This document shows positions 25,975-38,482 of a DNA stretch of 64,000 bases, piece by piece. The stretch covers positions 24,430,001 through 24,494,000 of the forward strand of contig CM052817.1 of NCBI GenBank assembly GCA_028534125.1. The letters are read 5' to 3'. The DNA is from Lama glama. Its lineage: Eukaryota. The notes below the pieces were generated by a model. That model ran no database searches. It saw only the letters and a list, made by a program, of their open reading frames with translations, and had not been told where the DNA came from. Both the position numbers and the translations under genes were made by a program. Within the stretch, counting starts at the first letter, position 1, and each line of letters begins with the position of its first letter.

Positions 25975-26590
25975 ATGTATGCATTCCCATGCTTACTACA
26001 GCATTATTCACAACAGCTAAGATAGGGAAACGATGTTAAGTGTCCATCAGTGGATGAATGGATAAAGAAGATGTGGTGTATATATACAATGAAATATTAT
26101 TCACTCATGAGAAAGAAGGAAATCTGACATTTGGGACAACACGGGTGGACGTTATGTGCATTATGCTGAGATGGCAGACAAAGATAAATACTGTATGATC
26201 TCACCTACATGTGGAATCTAAAAAAGTCAAACTCAAAGAAACAGTAGAATGGTGGTTACCAGGGGCCAGGAGTCAGGGAACTGGGGAGATATTGCTTAAG
26301 GGTAAAAACTTGCAGATCATAGATAAATAGGTTATGGAGATCTAATACACAACATAGTGATCTAGTCAACAATATTGTATTATAAATTTCAAACTTGCTA
26401 AGAGACAAAATCTTAATTGTTTTCACCACCAAAACAAGTTAGAATTATGCGATGTAGAAGAGGTGTTAGTTAATGCCATGGTGGAAATTATACTGCAATA
26501 CATTAGTGTATCAGATCAACACATTGCACACCTTAAATTTACCCAATGTTATGTATCAGTTATATTTCAATAAAGAAAGGAAAAAAGAGA
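25975..26590 (+). mobile_element. 5'-truncated L1 3' end (medium age)
   Basis: aagtgtccatcagtggatgaatggataaagaagatgtgg...tatatttcaataaag and A-rich tail. Confidence 0.9.
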
Positions 26591-26694
26591 ATGGATGTGA
26601 TAGTCATTACGCAATGCATAAAAAGTCAAAACAAAAATCTGCATTTAGTTACTACTTGAGAAGGCCTGATCTTTTTCATAATCACATAGTAACA

Positions 26695-27150
26695 GAGACT
26701 GTAGACTGGGTACCTCCCAAACCTCCTTTCCCTTATCTTCCTCTTCTTCAGAGAATACAAAGCTGAAACATCTTCCCAGATCTCCCTGCAGCTAGTGTTG
26801 GCCATAGCATGCATTTCTAGCCAAATGAGACAAAGGCAAAAATATCCAAGGAGGCCTTCCTTTCCCACAGTAAAAGACAAGACCTACATCTTCCTCCTTG
26901 CAACATGAACATGATGCTTGTAGGAGCAAAAACCGTATGATACCACGAGGAGTAATGGCACAACCAGAGATGACAGTCTAGGAAGATGGAAGAAGACTGA
27001 ATCATGGAAGATACCACTGAGCCATCCCACCAGTCCTGCATTGCCTTCTTGGTTCTTCCTATGATGTGAGCTTAATAGATTCCTTATTTGTTTAAGCCAT
27101 TGCAGTGGAATTTTCTGTTCCTCTCATTCAAAGACAAACAGATTGGATAC
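26695..27150 (+). mobile_element. MLT1-type MaLR LTR
   Basis: ttcccagatctccctgcagctag...ttctagccaaatgagac...cttatttgtttaagccattg. Confidence 0.7.
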
Positions 27151-27154
27151 ATGT

Positions 27155-27580
27155 TGCAGTAGGACAGGCTGGTGTGTGCTCCAGTAAACGAACAACCTGG
27201 AAATCTCAATGGCTACACACAGAAGGACTTAATTTGTTGCTGTGCTTGCCGTTGCAGGTATGCCTGCTGTGGTTTAGGTGACTCCCTAAAGAGTGGTTTC
27301 CCCAGTGTCAGCTCAGCATTCCAGCTCTCATGGCAATTTTATGTCATCACGTGTCCCCTCAACACTGCAGAAGGGGAAAGAAGCAGAGTTGGAGATTCGA
27401 TCAAGTCCAGTTAAATACTCTGGCAGGAAGTGACACACTTCGTATCTATACACATTTCTTTGGCCTAACCAAATCACCTGGCCAGGACTAACCTCAAGCA
27501 TGTAGAGAAGAACGATATACTTACACATCAGGAAAGAGGAACCTGGAAGCATCGGTAAACATCACTAATGTTTACCCCAC
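27155..27580 (-). mobile_element. Old MLT1 (K/L-type) LTR
   Basis: aaatctcaatggctacacacag...ggaagtgacacac...cacatttctttggcc...aaatcacctggcc. Confidence 0.6.
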
Positions 27581-28309
27581 ACACCTCATAGATCTTAATT
27601 ATCAGTTGGAAACTACAGAAATGATGTTATTGAAAAAAAATCACAGGGCAAAGACGTTAAGATAGTTTGATAAAATAAGTGTGTTAAAAGCAAAATCTTC
27701 CAGTGCTAGTAAATTCTACTATCCTCTTATCTTTTCTACACGGTATTGATTCAGAGTGGAGTTTTGCTAGTAATTGGCATGGAAGGCAGGTGAAACGCTC
27801 ACAAGAGGCATACAACACAGTAGAACTTGGAGACATTCTCACTTACTCACTGGTGATTTTCCACGGTTCTCTTATTTTTCTCCTCCAAACGTTGAATCTG
27901 CTGTGAGTCTAAAGATGACATAGGAAGAAATGCTGCTGATCTGTAATTGCTCAGAACACTTTCCAGCTGCCCTCTCAGCAGGTCCTTCTGTATAACTTGT
28001 TTTCTTACCATTGTAACTCCAGTAAAGTGATTTTTAAAAGTCTCCGGGAGTTTGGTAAACAGAATTGAGTTGACCCGTGACTCAGAACACCAAGCTTTCA
28101 CAGGGACTCAGTGCAGGAGCTGTCAGCACACCAGAGGGTAGTTAGCTCAAATTGTGGAAGTTATCAGCCAATAAAACTGCCTTTCTATAAGTAGTGCTTG
28201 GGTGGGTTATCGTGGACATCCAGTGAGAGTAACAAGAAAGTGAGGAAGTGTGTGGGGGAAAAAACCCATCACAGGGTTAGGTCTGCTGCTGGGTGTGATG
28301 TCCTGTGCT

Positions 28310-28470
28310 GTGGTGATCTTTGAAGTCAGACACGAGGTTTCTATTTCAGCCTTGATGCTTTCTAGTTGGGTGTCTTAATGACCTCCTCTCCTTAAATCTC
28401 AGTTTCCTCATCCATGCAATGGAGTGACGCCTCCTATCTCACAAGATTTCTGGGAAGATAGACAATTGTA
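28310..28470 (+). mobile_element. MIR
   Basis: ctttgaagtcagac...tctcagtttcctcatccatgcaatgg. Confidence 0.75.
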
Positions 28471-29149
28471 AAAATTTAAGATTTATTTGCTTTACTGTTT
28501 TATTGCTTTTTCCTGTCCCCTGTGGGTTTCTTTTTATCAGTAGAGGGAAAATAATTGAGCGTAAGTTGGTTTAGATTTTTCAGGATCAGAGTAATTCTTT
28601 CAAAGTTCTTCTCTAAAAGTTCTCCTTTTAAAATTTTATATTTCATTGAAATGTTTCAGACTTAAAAGGAAAAATTCAATTCCTTTCTTCTTAGAAGTCT
28701 TCAGAAAATTATGTGATAAAAGTTAACATTTAAATTCATTTGTGGGGGGCTTCAAATACGTGGTTACAATGCAGGGAAAAATATTTCTATTAAACTCTGG
28801 ACTTGCTCTGTCTGTTGGAGATGAGACTTACTGGTGTCAGGGAAGAGCTGTGATTTTAAGCCAGACAGACATCAGGGAGATGCAGGTGAGAAACTGAGAA
28901 ATTGTTGATTGGGCAGGGTGGATTCCAGCAGGGATGACATCTTGAAAGCCTCAGATGAAGATTGTGATAGGTTCTGACCACATCCAAATGCAGTAGCACA
29001 TAGTGGGTCAGGCAGATGAGGTTCAGAATATGGCCTTGAAGAGGGGAAGTGTGCAGAAATAAAGAAGAGTTGGAGGGTGATACAGGATGGCAATAATGAT
29101 CATAACTGCAGCTAATAAATACTGAACCACAGCATGATAATGTGCTAAT

Positions 29150-29390
29150 GATAATAAAAATGGCTAGCATTTATTTGGGACTGACTATGGGTTGGGTGAT
29201 ATGCCAAGTGCTTTATAATAGCCATCTCATTCAATCTTCAAAATAACCCTATGTGACAGTGTCTATCATTATCTTCACTTTATAGACAAGGAAACTGCAG
29301 CTTCTTCATTTCAAGTATCTTCCCCAAGGGACTAAATGGTCAAGTCACAGTTGGAACTCAGCTCTGCTTGATTATGAGTTGTGTTTCTTA
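29150..29390 (-). mobile_element. MIR
   Basis: tggctagcatttattt...tctcattcaatcttca...tttatagacaaggaaactg. Confidence 0.75.
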
Positions 29391-31399
29391 TCCCTTGCTT
29401 TGCCAGACTGTCTCCATTTTGGTGAGTTTGCAAGAGCCCTTTGGCTTCTCAAAAGAGCTGCTGAGATCAGACATGAGACAGCAAAGGAATAAAGGTGGAG
29501 CAGTTAAGAGAGGACATTGTAATTAGAGTTTGACTGCATTATGTGAGGAAGGTGGAATTGCCATGTGACTGTCTCTGGTTTAACTCATCATTATGGAGCC
29601 ATCCCAGCTCTTTCCTGGTCCTGTCTTCTTTCGCTCCTATTTGGCCACTCAGGTGGATTGTGAATGCTTTCACCACTCTCAAAATAATGAATGGAGAATC
29701 TGCTCTCTTAGTTGCCTAAAAATGTGATTTTAAAAGTGATAAATGCTGAGATCAGCGCTGAGTTGCCAATCTTTGGGAAATGTTAAAGTTGGACCCTTCC
29801 TTTCCTCCTGGAGTACAGAGTGCTGAGAGAAAATATGCGTAATGCCTGAAAGGTGGTACCCACTCGATTCAATGCCAGAGAAACCTCATAGAAAAAAGAC
29901 AGAATTTCAGCAACCATAAGTAATTTCAAAGCCATCCAAGTCATTTATATGTATTCTTGTATTTCTCAAGCATCAAGATTCTTAGAATGCCCATTCAGTG
30001 CTAAGAATCTCCAATTTTCTGTCCCATTCCCTGCCTTCATGTACAGCGGCTGGTCCCCTACCTCTTACTTCAAAACTCCCCATGTAACTTCTCTTCTAGC
30101 CTAAGTCTGCATACTCTCATCTTTCCTCTCTGCATCACAGAGCTTCTCCTCTCATGGAGGGGGACCCAAAGAGAGTGAGAAGGTCAAGGTCAAATCCTCA
30201 TTAGTGGGCTGCAGAAGAGGAAGCCTGGAAAATTATAAATTATTATAAAATTTATAAATTATTAATAAAATGTTAATAACTTGTCCCCTAACACAAGTAC
30301 TGTTGTTGACTGTCAACTCCTGAAACAGGGAGAGAGAGCGTGTAGGGCAGCTGCTTTCACATACGGCATAGAAAGCACTGTGGTGGCTTTCGTAGACCAG
30401 TTTGCCATCTTTGACATGCAGGCCCTCAGTTTCTGATTATCCAGAGAATCATGAAAGGCTATTAGTTTAAATTTAATTTTGCACTGGAGAATGCTCCTAA
30501 TGTAGGCAGGCTTACTGAGGCAGCTCTCAATCATGCTCAGATATTCACTGCGGGACATGTGAAGTCCCTAGAAGTAATTCATACTCAGTGGTCCAGAAAG
30601 AAGGACCCCCAGGAGGAAAAATAAAAGTATCTTTCTCCCATACAAACAAATGTATTATTGCTTCAAGCCAAGCACCTACAGTTCATAATTGTATCTCATT
30701 AATGTTAACCCTAGCGTCACTGCAGCCTTGCTCAGTGCAGAAGGCAGGCGTTTATTAACTTGAGGCCATATGGAAAGCTTGATAGATTTTACTAGTGTGC
30801 CCAAGAGAGTACTTTAAAAAATATAATTGGTGCTTAGCAAATTGAATGCATATTTTGATCGCAAGCAATACCTTCCTACTCAGGTTTAGTGCATCATTTA
30901 CTGAACTGAAGCCACAGTGCAAGAGTTATGAATCAGCTAAACATTTTAAGGTAAGAACTTGTAGATAATGCCAGAGCTATGCATACAATTTTAAAAAGAG
31001 GTGTGATAACTGTATTTTTGGAAGATGGTGTACTTGTAAGAATCAAGGTTTATACTATTAGAGTGGAAAATAAGAAAAATAAGGTTGACTTAATTTAGTT
31101 TCCCATCTATATAAATAAGGGATACACATAAGTTGACCCAGAGTTTAGTGGTCCCATAAAATAGCAGGATTTATATGTGGGCTGAGAGACTGTGATCATA
31201 TATATGCTTGGTTTTATAGAATAAGCTGCAGCAATAATAACGGTAAAAAAGGGGACCATAAATGACTAAAACACCTCAATAACTGCAAACCTCACCGGGA
31301 CCAACGATCCAACAGTTTCCCCATAAAACTTTTTATCTGCATGCCTCATATGTAGGTAAAACAGAGAGATTTGTGTGTCTTGTTTGAGGCACCAACTGA

Positions 31400-31836
31400 A
31401 AATTTATGTCCACTTCCATTAGTCCCCATTTTCTTTTAGCAATAGTACCTCTCAGACCTTGACTGGGCACACTGCTGTTAACCAGGTAATGACTCAATTC
31501 CTAAAGCTCTTTTGTGATTAGATAGTCTGACTAAGTTCTAAATGGGATTTGAGAAGCTGTGACTGTGCAATTTCTACCAAATACCCTGTAAATGAAGACG
31601 CATGCTTGTACTATGCCTCTCTGGCTTGCTGGAGGCAGACATGAGGATGGGAGTGGAGTGGCCACTTTGGAAGCAGGGATGCAGACTGCATGTTGAGAAT
31701 GGTGGAGCTACGCTCCTCTAGGTCTTGTCCACCATTCCTGGGCTATTGCATGAGAAAGAGACACTTTGATCTTGTTGAACCTATGTGCTTTGTATTCTCT
31801 TTGTTATAAGGGCTTAGATTGTGCCATAATTAATAT
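31400..31836 (+). mobile_element. MLT1 (H/J-type) LTR
   Basis: tgactaagttcta...gccactttgga...catgagaaagag...tctttgttata. Confidence 0.55.
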
Positions 31837-32387
31837 AGAATTCTAATATTTGTGCCCATTCTTTGGGAGAGGGTTGCCAATGAGTAATCAAGTCCTCTCA
31901 CAAAGGCCACTGGAAGAAGGACCCTCAAGTCATTGTGCTGTGCCTTCTAAATGGTGATGTGAATAAAGCACATCAGAATCAAAGGGAAGATGTCATTCAT
32001 TCTGTGTAAGATGTTCAGGAAAGCCTTACAGAAAAAAGTGACATTTACACTGAGATTTGAATGGTAAGTTGGCATTTGCCAGTTGGGGAATATCTGAACT
32101 AACACATGGAAGGATGAGAGAAAGATGTAGACATTATGGTAAAATTGTAAAAGTAATTCTATGAGGCTGTATTTTTAAGACCACTGTAAGCCTTGTTAAG
32201 GAGTTTGGGCTACATTCCATAAGCACTGGAGAAGTGTCAGACAATTTGAAATTATGGAATTGAATGGATCCAATCTGTGTTTAGAAAAAATATTCTGGCA
32301 GCACTGAAGGAGAAAGATAGGAAAGTGGAAGCAGGGCACCAAAAATTCCAGGGTCTTTGCATTCACCTAATTTTTGCCAAGGGTCCT

Positions 32388-32435
32388 TTCTGTCTGTCTG
32401 TCTGTCTGTCTATCTCTCTCTCTCTCTCTCTATCT
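32388..32435. repeat. Compound microsatellite (TGTC)n(TC)n
   Basis: Direct reading of the sequence. Confidence 0.95.
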
Positions 32436-32585
32436 ACTTATATAACTTACACTAAGTATATTTCAAAATTTGCCTTACTGTATTATATTTTTAGCATTTA
32501 AAAGAAACATATCTTTTTTTTTAAGGTTTGTATATGTACCTCTTTAAACTCTCCTGTGTACCTCCATGATACACATAGAAAACCC

Positions 32586-32861
32586 AGGACAAATATTCAG
32601 CTGGTACACAGTGGTGTACCTTTTACTTTGCTAAGATATTGAAATAACATCCTTCCAGCTTCTTAAGTTGCTTTTATGAGCTCCTGAGTGTCACTAGCTC
32701 CCATAGCTCTGGCTGTCTGATGCACCCCTAAGGAATCCAGGACCTTCTGATCTAGCCACCAGGGTGTCTGCAGGGCCTTGTCCTGTACTGCAGCTGACTT
32801 CTGCTCTGATTGGTCAAGTCTAGGCATAATGAGTTTTTAAATATTTTGAATAGCAACCCTG
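32586..32861. mobile_element. hAT-Tip100-like non-autonomous element
   Basis: Imperfect TIRs caggacaaatattcagctggtac ... aaatattttgaatagcaaccctg; ctgattggtca motif. Confidence 0.55.
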
Positions 32862-33185
32862 GAAGCACATGTACAGATCACAGAGGACTTTTGCTATAAA
32901 AGCAGCAGGAGGAAAGGGGAGAAAAGAACAAATTTGGGACAAGTTTTGAACATAAAATGTAGAGGACTTGGTGACTGATTAAACGTGAGAGTGAAGAAGA
33001 GGAAGTGTTAAAAACTCTGGGATTTTAGCTTGTGTGAATGGACAGCTGGTGATGCCATTAACTAGAAAATTGATAAAGGATGCAAAAACTTGAAGAGGGG
33101 ACATAATGAGTATGGTTTTAGACATGTGGAGATTGAGATGCCATTACAACACCCATGTGGAGATAGTTCAGAACTGGTTGGATAC

Positions 33186-33390
33186 ATTGGTGTGCTGGTA
33201 AATATTTAACAACTGACTCTGAAACCATAAAGAAAAAAGCTCTTTTTTGGGGGTAGAATTTGTTAATTTCCCTGGTGTAAATACTCCCCCAATGTCGTGT
33301 CCAATTTTAAGCTACCAGTGTGATGTCACTAATGCCAAGTTAGGAAGAGATGGGCAGTCTACTCTCACTAGCACACTCCAGCTGTCCCAG
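33186..33390. mobile_element. MER63-like hAT element
   Basis: cattggtgtgctggtaaatatttaacaactgactct...ggtgtaaatactccc...aagctacca...ggaagagatg. Confidence 0.65.
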
Positions 33391-33403
33391 CTTGGATATA
33401 AAG

Positions 33404-33503
33404 NNNNNNNNNNNNNNNNNNNNNNNNNNNNNNNNNNNNNNNNNNNNNNNNNNNNNNNNNNNNNNNNNNNNNNNNNNNNNNNNNNNNNNNNNNNNNNNNN
33501 NNN
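33404..33503. other. Assembly gap (100 N)
   Basis: Run of N. Confidence 1.
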
Positions 33504-33742
33504 TGGGATTTCAAAATTGTAGAATAGATAAACAAGATTACACTGTATAGCACAGGGAAATATACACAAAATGTTATGATAAATCACAGAGAAAAAAATG
33601 TGACAATGAGTGTGTATATGTCCATGAATGACTGAAAAATTGTGAACACTGGAATTTGACACAACACTGTAAAATGATTATGAATCAATAAAAAATGTAA
33701 AAGAAAAAAAATAAAAAAAATAAACACACACACACACACACA
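33504..33742 (+). mobile_element. Young L1 3' end with A tail followed by (CA)n
   Basis: ctgtatagcacagggaaatatacacaa...caataaaaaatg; same family as 5955-6183. Confidence 0.9.
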
Positions 33743-33799
33743 AAGCTTTGGATCTCAGCATGAGGTCTGAAGATGGTACATAGATTTCGCAGTCAATAT

Positions 33800-34338
33800 A
33801 CTGTGTGTGTTTTGAGTTTTGCTTTTGACCAGCATTTGGTAAGTTAAAAAAATATGCTGGTGGGCTGTTGAAAAAAATGTATATTCTGCAGATGTTGGCT
33901 TGTCAGATCAGGTTTGTCAGATCAATTCAGTATTTAATTCTTTTATATCCTTATTGAATTCTTTGTCTCCTTGTTATATTAGTTCCTGAGAGAGGTTTAT
34001 TTAAAACATCCTACTATTATCATGTGTTTGTTTTAGTTTTGTATATATCTGAAGCCATCTTAAGTGGTTAGAAAGTGTATTTCAGGTGCATTGGATTTTT
34101 GATTATTGTGACATGTCCCTTTTAATCTCTAGAAATACTTTTTATCTTAAGGTCTATTTTATCTGCTATCGATACGAGTACTCCAGCTTTCTTTCACATG
34201 GGATATCTTTGCCCTTTCTATGTCCTTTCATCCTTTCTGTATTCTTAAGTTATAGATATTTCTTTCATAAATAGTACTTTTAAAAAATTAAGTGTGATAG
34301 TCTTTGTCTTTTAATTGGAACATTTATCCCACTTGCAT
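33800..34338 (-). mobile_element. Old L1M fragment (probably resumes at about 36030-36700 after the ERV-L insertion)
   Basis: ttgaaaaaaatgtatattctgcag...tcctgagagagg...actccagctttc...tttgtcttttaattgga. Confidence 0.7.
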
Positions 34339-34339
34339 T

Positions 34340-34700
34340 TGTGTCAAACAGGATCCAATCAGGAGACAGAAAATACACAGTAGTTTTAATAGTGATGATT
34401 TAATATCAAACATTATGAACTATTTACAGGAGATTAGCTACAAAGAGGGACTAAAGGAGAATTCCAAAGAATATCCTAGGGCTGAGGGGGAGAATCCAAG
34501 GAAGGACACACTTGGACCCTCTCCTCTGCCCCATGCAAGGCTAGGATTCAGATCTTGTTGAAGAGGATATGGCTGCAGCCCACCATGGCTGGTGGTAAAA
34601 GTCTTTGGGTTACTTTGTGCCAAAGATGGTCCACATTTGATGGGCCTATATTAGTCTGCAGGGAAATGTAAGCTGAGACTTGCAAGAAGAAAATCATTAG
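34340..34700 (-). mobile_element. ERV-L 3' LTR (family uncertain)
   Basis: tgtgtcaaacaggatccaatcaggagacagaaa...tttaata resembles a reverse-complemented ERV-L LTR end; lies 3' of the minus-strand pol remnant. Confidence 0.55.
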
Positions 34701-35770
34701 CAAATACAAATAAACTCATTCATATAACAAACAAAGAGAAAATATGCAAAACTCCTACAGTCTTCATTTCTGCAATCATTTATGAGGTTGTAGTTGATAC
34801 TTGGGTTCTTCCTTTCACTACCCATTACATTTGTTTCCCCTCCTTTGAGCCAGAACCTCAGTTGGTTGGGGTTCTTTCCCTGGTGGAGTGACTCAAACTT
34901 TCATGAAGAATTCATGACTCACAACTGCCCTGCCTTATTTGGGTGCTGTAGTTTTCCATTAATTTTTACTACTGGGCACAGAAATATGAGATGCCCTGGA
35001 AATCCCTGGCTTCCAGATACATGTTTCCTTGCCTTTATTGTATAGAAATGACTTGATTTCCCCTTGGAAATTAGAATCAGTCACTCTAGGAGTAGAATTA
35101 CTAGCTTTTGTGCCTGTTGGGTCAGTGGCATAAAGAGCACTAAATGGCCAGGTGGTAGTCTCATCTTTCAGTTAATTCTGTGACTCCAAGGATGGTAGTT
35201 ACGGTGGTAACATTGGCAGGGAAGGCAAATCCATGTCCAGAATATATGTCTATTCCAGTAAGAATGAATCTCTGTCCCTTCCATGACAGAAGCAGTGTAA
35301 TGTAACAATCTGCTAACAGTTTACTGGCTGGTCCCTCCAGGGAATGCTGCCATATTGTGGACTCAGTTTTGAACTCACTTTTTTGGCAGATCAGGCACTC
35401 AGCAGTAGCTTTAGCAAGGTCAGCTTCAGGAAGAGGAAGTCCATTTTGTTGAGCCCAGGCATAACCTCCATTCCTGCCACTATGGCCATTTTGTTCATGG
35501 GCCCAAAGAGAAAGCATTGTGTCTCGGGAAAAAAGCTGACTGACATCTACAGACCACATGATTCTGTCCACTTGGTTAAGAGCCTACTCTGCAGTGGAAA
35601 CCCATTGGTGAGTATTCACATAGGGTACACATATCTTCACAGTCTGTCCATTTTAAGGGGTCCATCTACATAACTCTTTCCCAGAATTCTTTGGGATCAA
35701 TTTTCCAATCTTGTTTTTTCCAAGTCCCTGAACAGAAAAAACCCATAATTTCCCACAGCTCTCTGTGTTT
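34700..35770 (-). mobile_element. ERV-L pol remnant: RNase H C-terminus, integrase N-terminus and dUTPase
   Basis: ORF 35161..35571: WAHEQNGHSGRNGGYAWAQQNGLPL..ADLA.ATAECLICQ (HHCC zinc finger) and WKGQRFILTGIDIYSGHGFAFPA; RLPPGH dUTPase motif near 35140-35165. Confidence 0.93.
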
Positions 35771-37454
35771 GTAATGACTTCCTTTCCCTGCCCTTGCAGG
35801 GCTGGGGCTGCTAATGGAAATCCAACAACCTGTGGTTCATCCTCATCTCCCACTGGTTTCGCTCTATCCTTCCCATACCTTTACAAGTTGTAGCTTCACT
35901 GACTACACCTCAGTCATGCCACTTAAATGAGCCATGTGTTTCTTTCTGGCCCCTTACTGACATCCCAAAGTGCTGAGCTCCTCTGTCTGGATTTCCATCA
36001 TCCCATGGTAGTACTCATTTATCTGTTAGTGTGCCAATTTCAAGCTGAACTTTAATATATTTTGTCCACTTTTTCTAGTTATCCTTATCAGAGAGGTAAC
36101 TAATACACCATTACTTAATAGACTGTTATTGGAAGCAAAATTCCCCTCACTCTTGCCTTTAAGTTTTACCATACATGATTTTGTCTCTAAACAATCGATT
36201 CTTAATTTTGTATATTTTGCATATATCACTGAACAATACTATATATAGGTTTCTGTGATGTGCTTTTCTCATTGAACATTACATCTGGAGATTCCTCTAT
36301 TTTGATTTCCAGAGCTATAGCTCATCTTTTGCACTGTCTGACTAATCCAAAATACACCTCTCTAGCCTCCTATTGTTTATCACTCTTCATCTTTATTTTT
36401 CCTAGTTTCTTGGTCTCAGTGTTATTTTGACTCTATATTTTTTATCTTCCATCTTTCACTGAGCTCTCTTTTGATATGTGTGACAACTGATTTAGAATAG
36501 TCTACATAGCTGTGCCTTCTTCAAGACTTGTTATCTTTGTCTCATGTATTACTCGGGTAGGATGTCCCACCCCATCCCACATCTCCTTGCACTTTCCCCT
36601 GAGAACCTGAGTTCTGGGTTCTTTTTCTTTCATGTATTTAAGTCAATATCAACTTTATCTCTATCTTGATGGTCAAAAACTTATTTAGCCAAGAGAAGAC
36701 TTAAGGATGCAGTGCAATTGCTTACTTATAAAACATAACATATTATAAAAGAGGAAGACACACTGGCTTAGAACTAAGCTACCTTGATATTAGAAAGTTC
36801 ATATATATAAAACAGGTTAAAAAGGGATTGATGATACTTTTAGAAAAGAATTCATCAAGTGGTAAATTTAAAATAGCAAACTTCTTCAGTGCATTTAATA
36901 TATAACTTGATTTATAAAAAATCAATTTACACTGCTGCCTAGAAGTAAATCTAGTAAGTAAAGCAAGGTACATCTGAAATTACATTTGGAAATACAATCA
37001 GTCTTTCTATAGTGTGCCTTTTATTTAATACACAAAACTCTATTCCCCCTTGAGGGACCAATAAGATAAATTTTATGACTGTTTAGACTATCAGCATCTT
37101 TTACTGAGAAGCAAAGATGTACAGAGCTAAGAGAATTCAGAAAAAGCATAATGAAAACATAACTTTAAATACTCTCTAAAAATGGCAGGTGTTAAATCTT
37201 TGAAAAGGTTTATGTTGTTGTGGGTGTTGAGAGTTCAAACTCTTGAATGGAGAGATGGATAATACTCTGACTGTTCTGTGTTAGTCCTGAGCTTTTCCTT
37301 TTCACATCTCACCTTCAGATGGCACAAGGAATGTATCCTAAACCGTCAGTAGCATAGCATCTCCTCTAAACTTGGTTGCCTGCTGAGAATTGCTTGTGAG
37401 TCTATGATATAAAAATGATTAAAAATTAGATTTAAAAAGGAATATGTATTCAAT

Positions 37455-38482
37455 CTGAATAAATAATGAATTAAAAACACGGAATATCCAACTTAATAAC
37501 AAAAAAACAAACAACCCAATCCAAAAATGGGCAGAAGACCTAAACAAGCAATTCTCCAAGGAAGACATACAAATGATCAATAGACACATGAAAAAATGCT
37601 CAATATCACTAATTAGAGAAATGCAAATCAAAACTACAATGAGGTATCACCTCACATCAGTCAGAATGGCCATCATTCAAAAGTCCATGGATGATAAATG
37701 CTGGAGGATGTGGAGAAAAGGGAACCCTCTTACACTGCTGGTGGGAATATATTTTGGTGCAGCCATTATGGAAAACAGTATGGAGATTCCTCAAAAAACT
37801 AAAAATAGACCTACCATATGATCCAGCAATCCCATTTCTGGGTATATATCTGGAGGGAATTCTAATTTGAAAAGATACACACACCTCAATGTTCACAGCA
37901 GCATTATATACAACAACGACATGGAAGCAACCTAAATGTTCATCAACAGATGATTGAATAAAGAAGTTGTGGTATACTGATACAATGGAATACTACCCAG
38001 CCATAAAAAGGATAAAATAATGCCACTTGCAGCAACATGGATGGACCTGGAGACTGTCATTCTAAGTGAGCTAAGTCAGAAAGAGAAAGAAAAATACCAT
38101 ATGATATCACTGACATGTGGAATCTAAGAAAAAAAAAAAAGAAGAAAGAAAGGACACTGTGAACTCATCTCCAAAACAGAAACAGACTCAGACATAGTAA
38201 ACTATCTTATCATTATCAGGGAAAGGGAGTGGGAAGGGATAAATTTGTGAGTTTGAGATTTACAAACATTAGCCACTATATATAAAAATAGGTTAAAAAA
38301 TTTCTTCTATATAGTACAGGGAGCTATGCTCAATATCTTGTAATAATCTTTAATGAAAAAATATGAAAATGAATATACGTATGTGTATATGTGACTGGGA
38401 CACTGTAGTGTACACAGAAACTGACACATTGTAACTGACTGTACTTCAATTTAAAAAAAAAGTATACTGTGATACAGCAAAA
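37455..38482 (+). mobile_element. 5'-truncated young L1 (ORF2 C-terminus and 3'UTR)
   Basis: ORF 37573..37821 [34 protein letters not shown]; probable TSD aaaaaggaatatgtattcaat 37434-37454 and aaaaaggaatatctaatcaat 38483-38503. Confidence 0.95.

Larger units (their letters stand above)
31960..33185 (-). mobile_element. L2, fragmented by hAT insertions and a microsatellite
   Basis: aaggagtttggg...tgtgtttagaaaaaatattctggcagc...agaggacttggtgactgatt...ggtgatgccattaact...ttttagacatgtggagattgagatgcc. Confidence 0.7.

Noticed and set aside
1570..35770. Three ERV-L fragments as one broken provirus
   Set aside because: Order and orientation are incompatible: IN-LTR lies upstream of gag, the third piece is inverted, two pieces both contain IN/dUTPase, and the LTRs differ. 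They are independent insertions.
37573..37821. ORFs with clear protein similarity at 5550, 17436, 18050, 18830, 37573 and 50841
   Set aside because: All are fragments of L1 ORF2 in truncated, frameshifted copies, not host genes.
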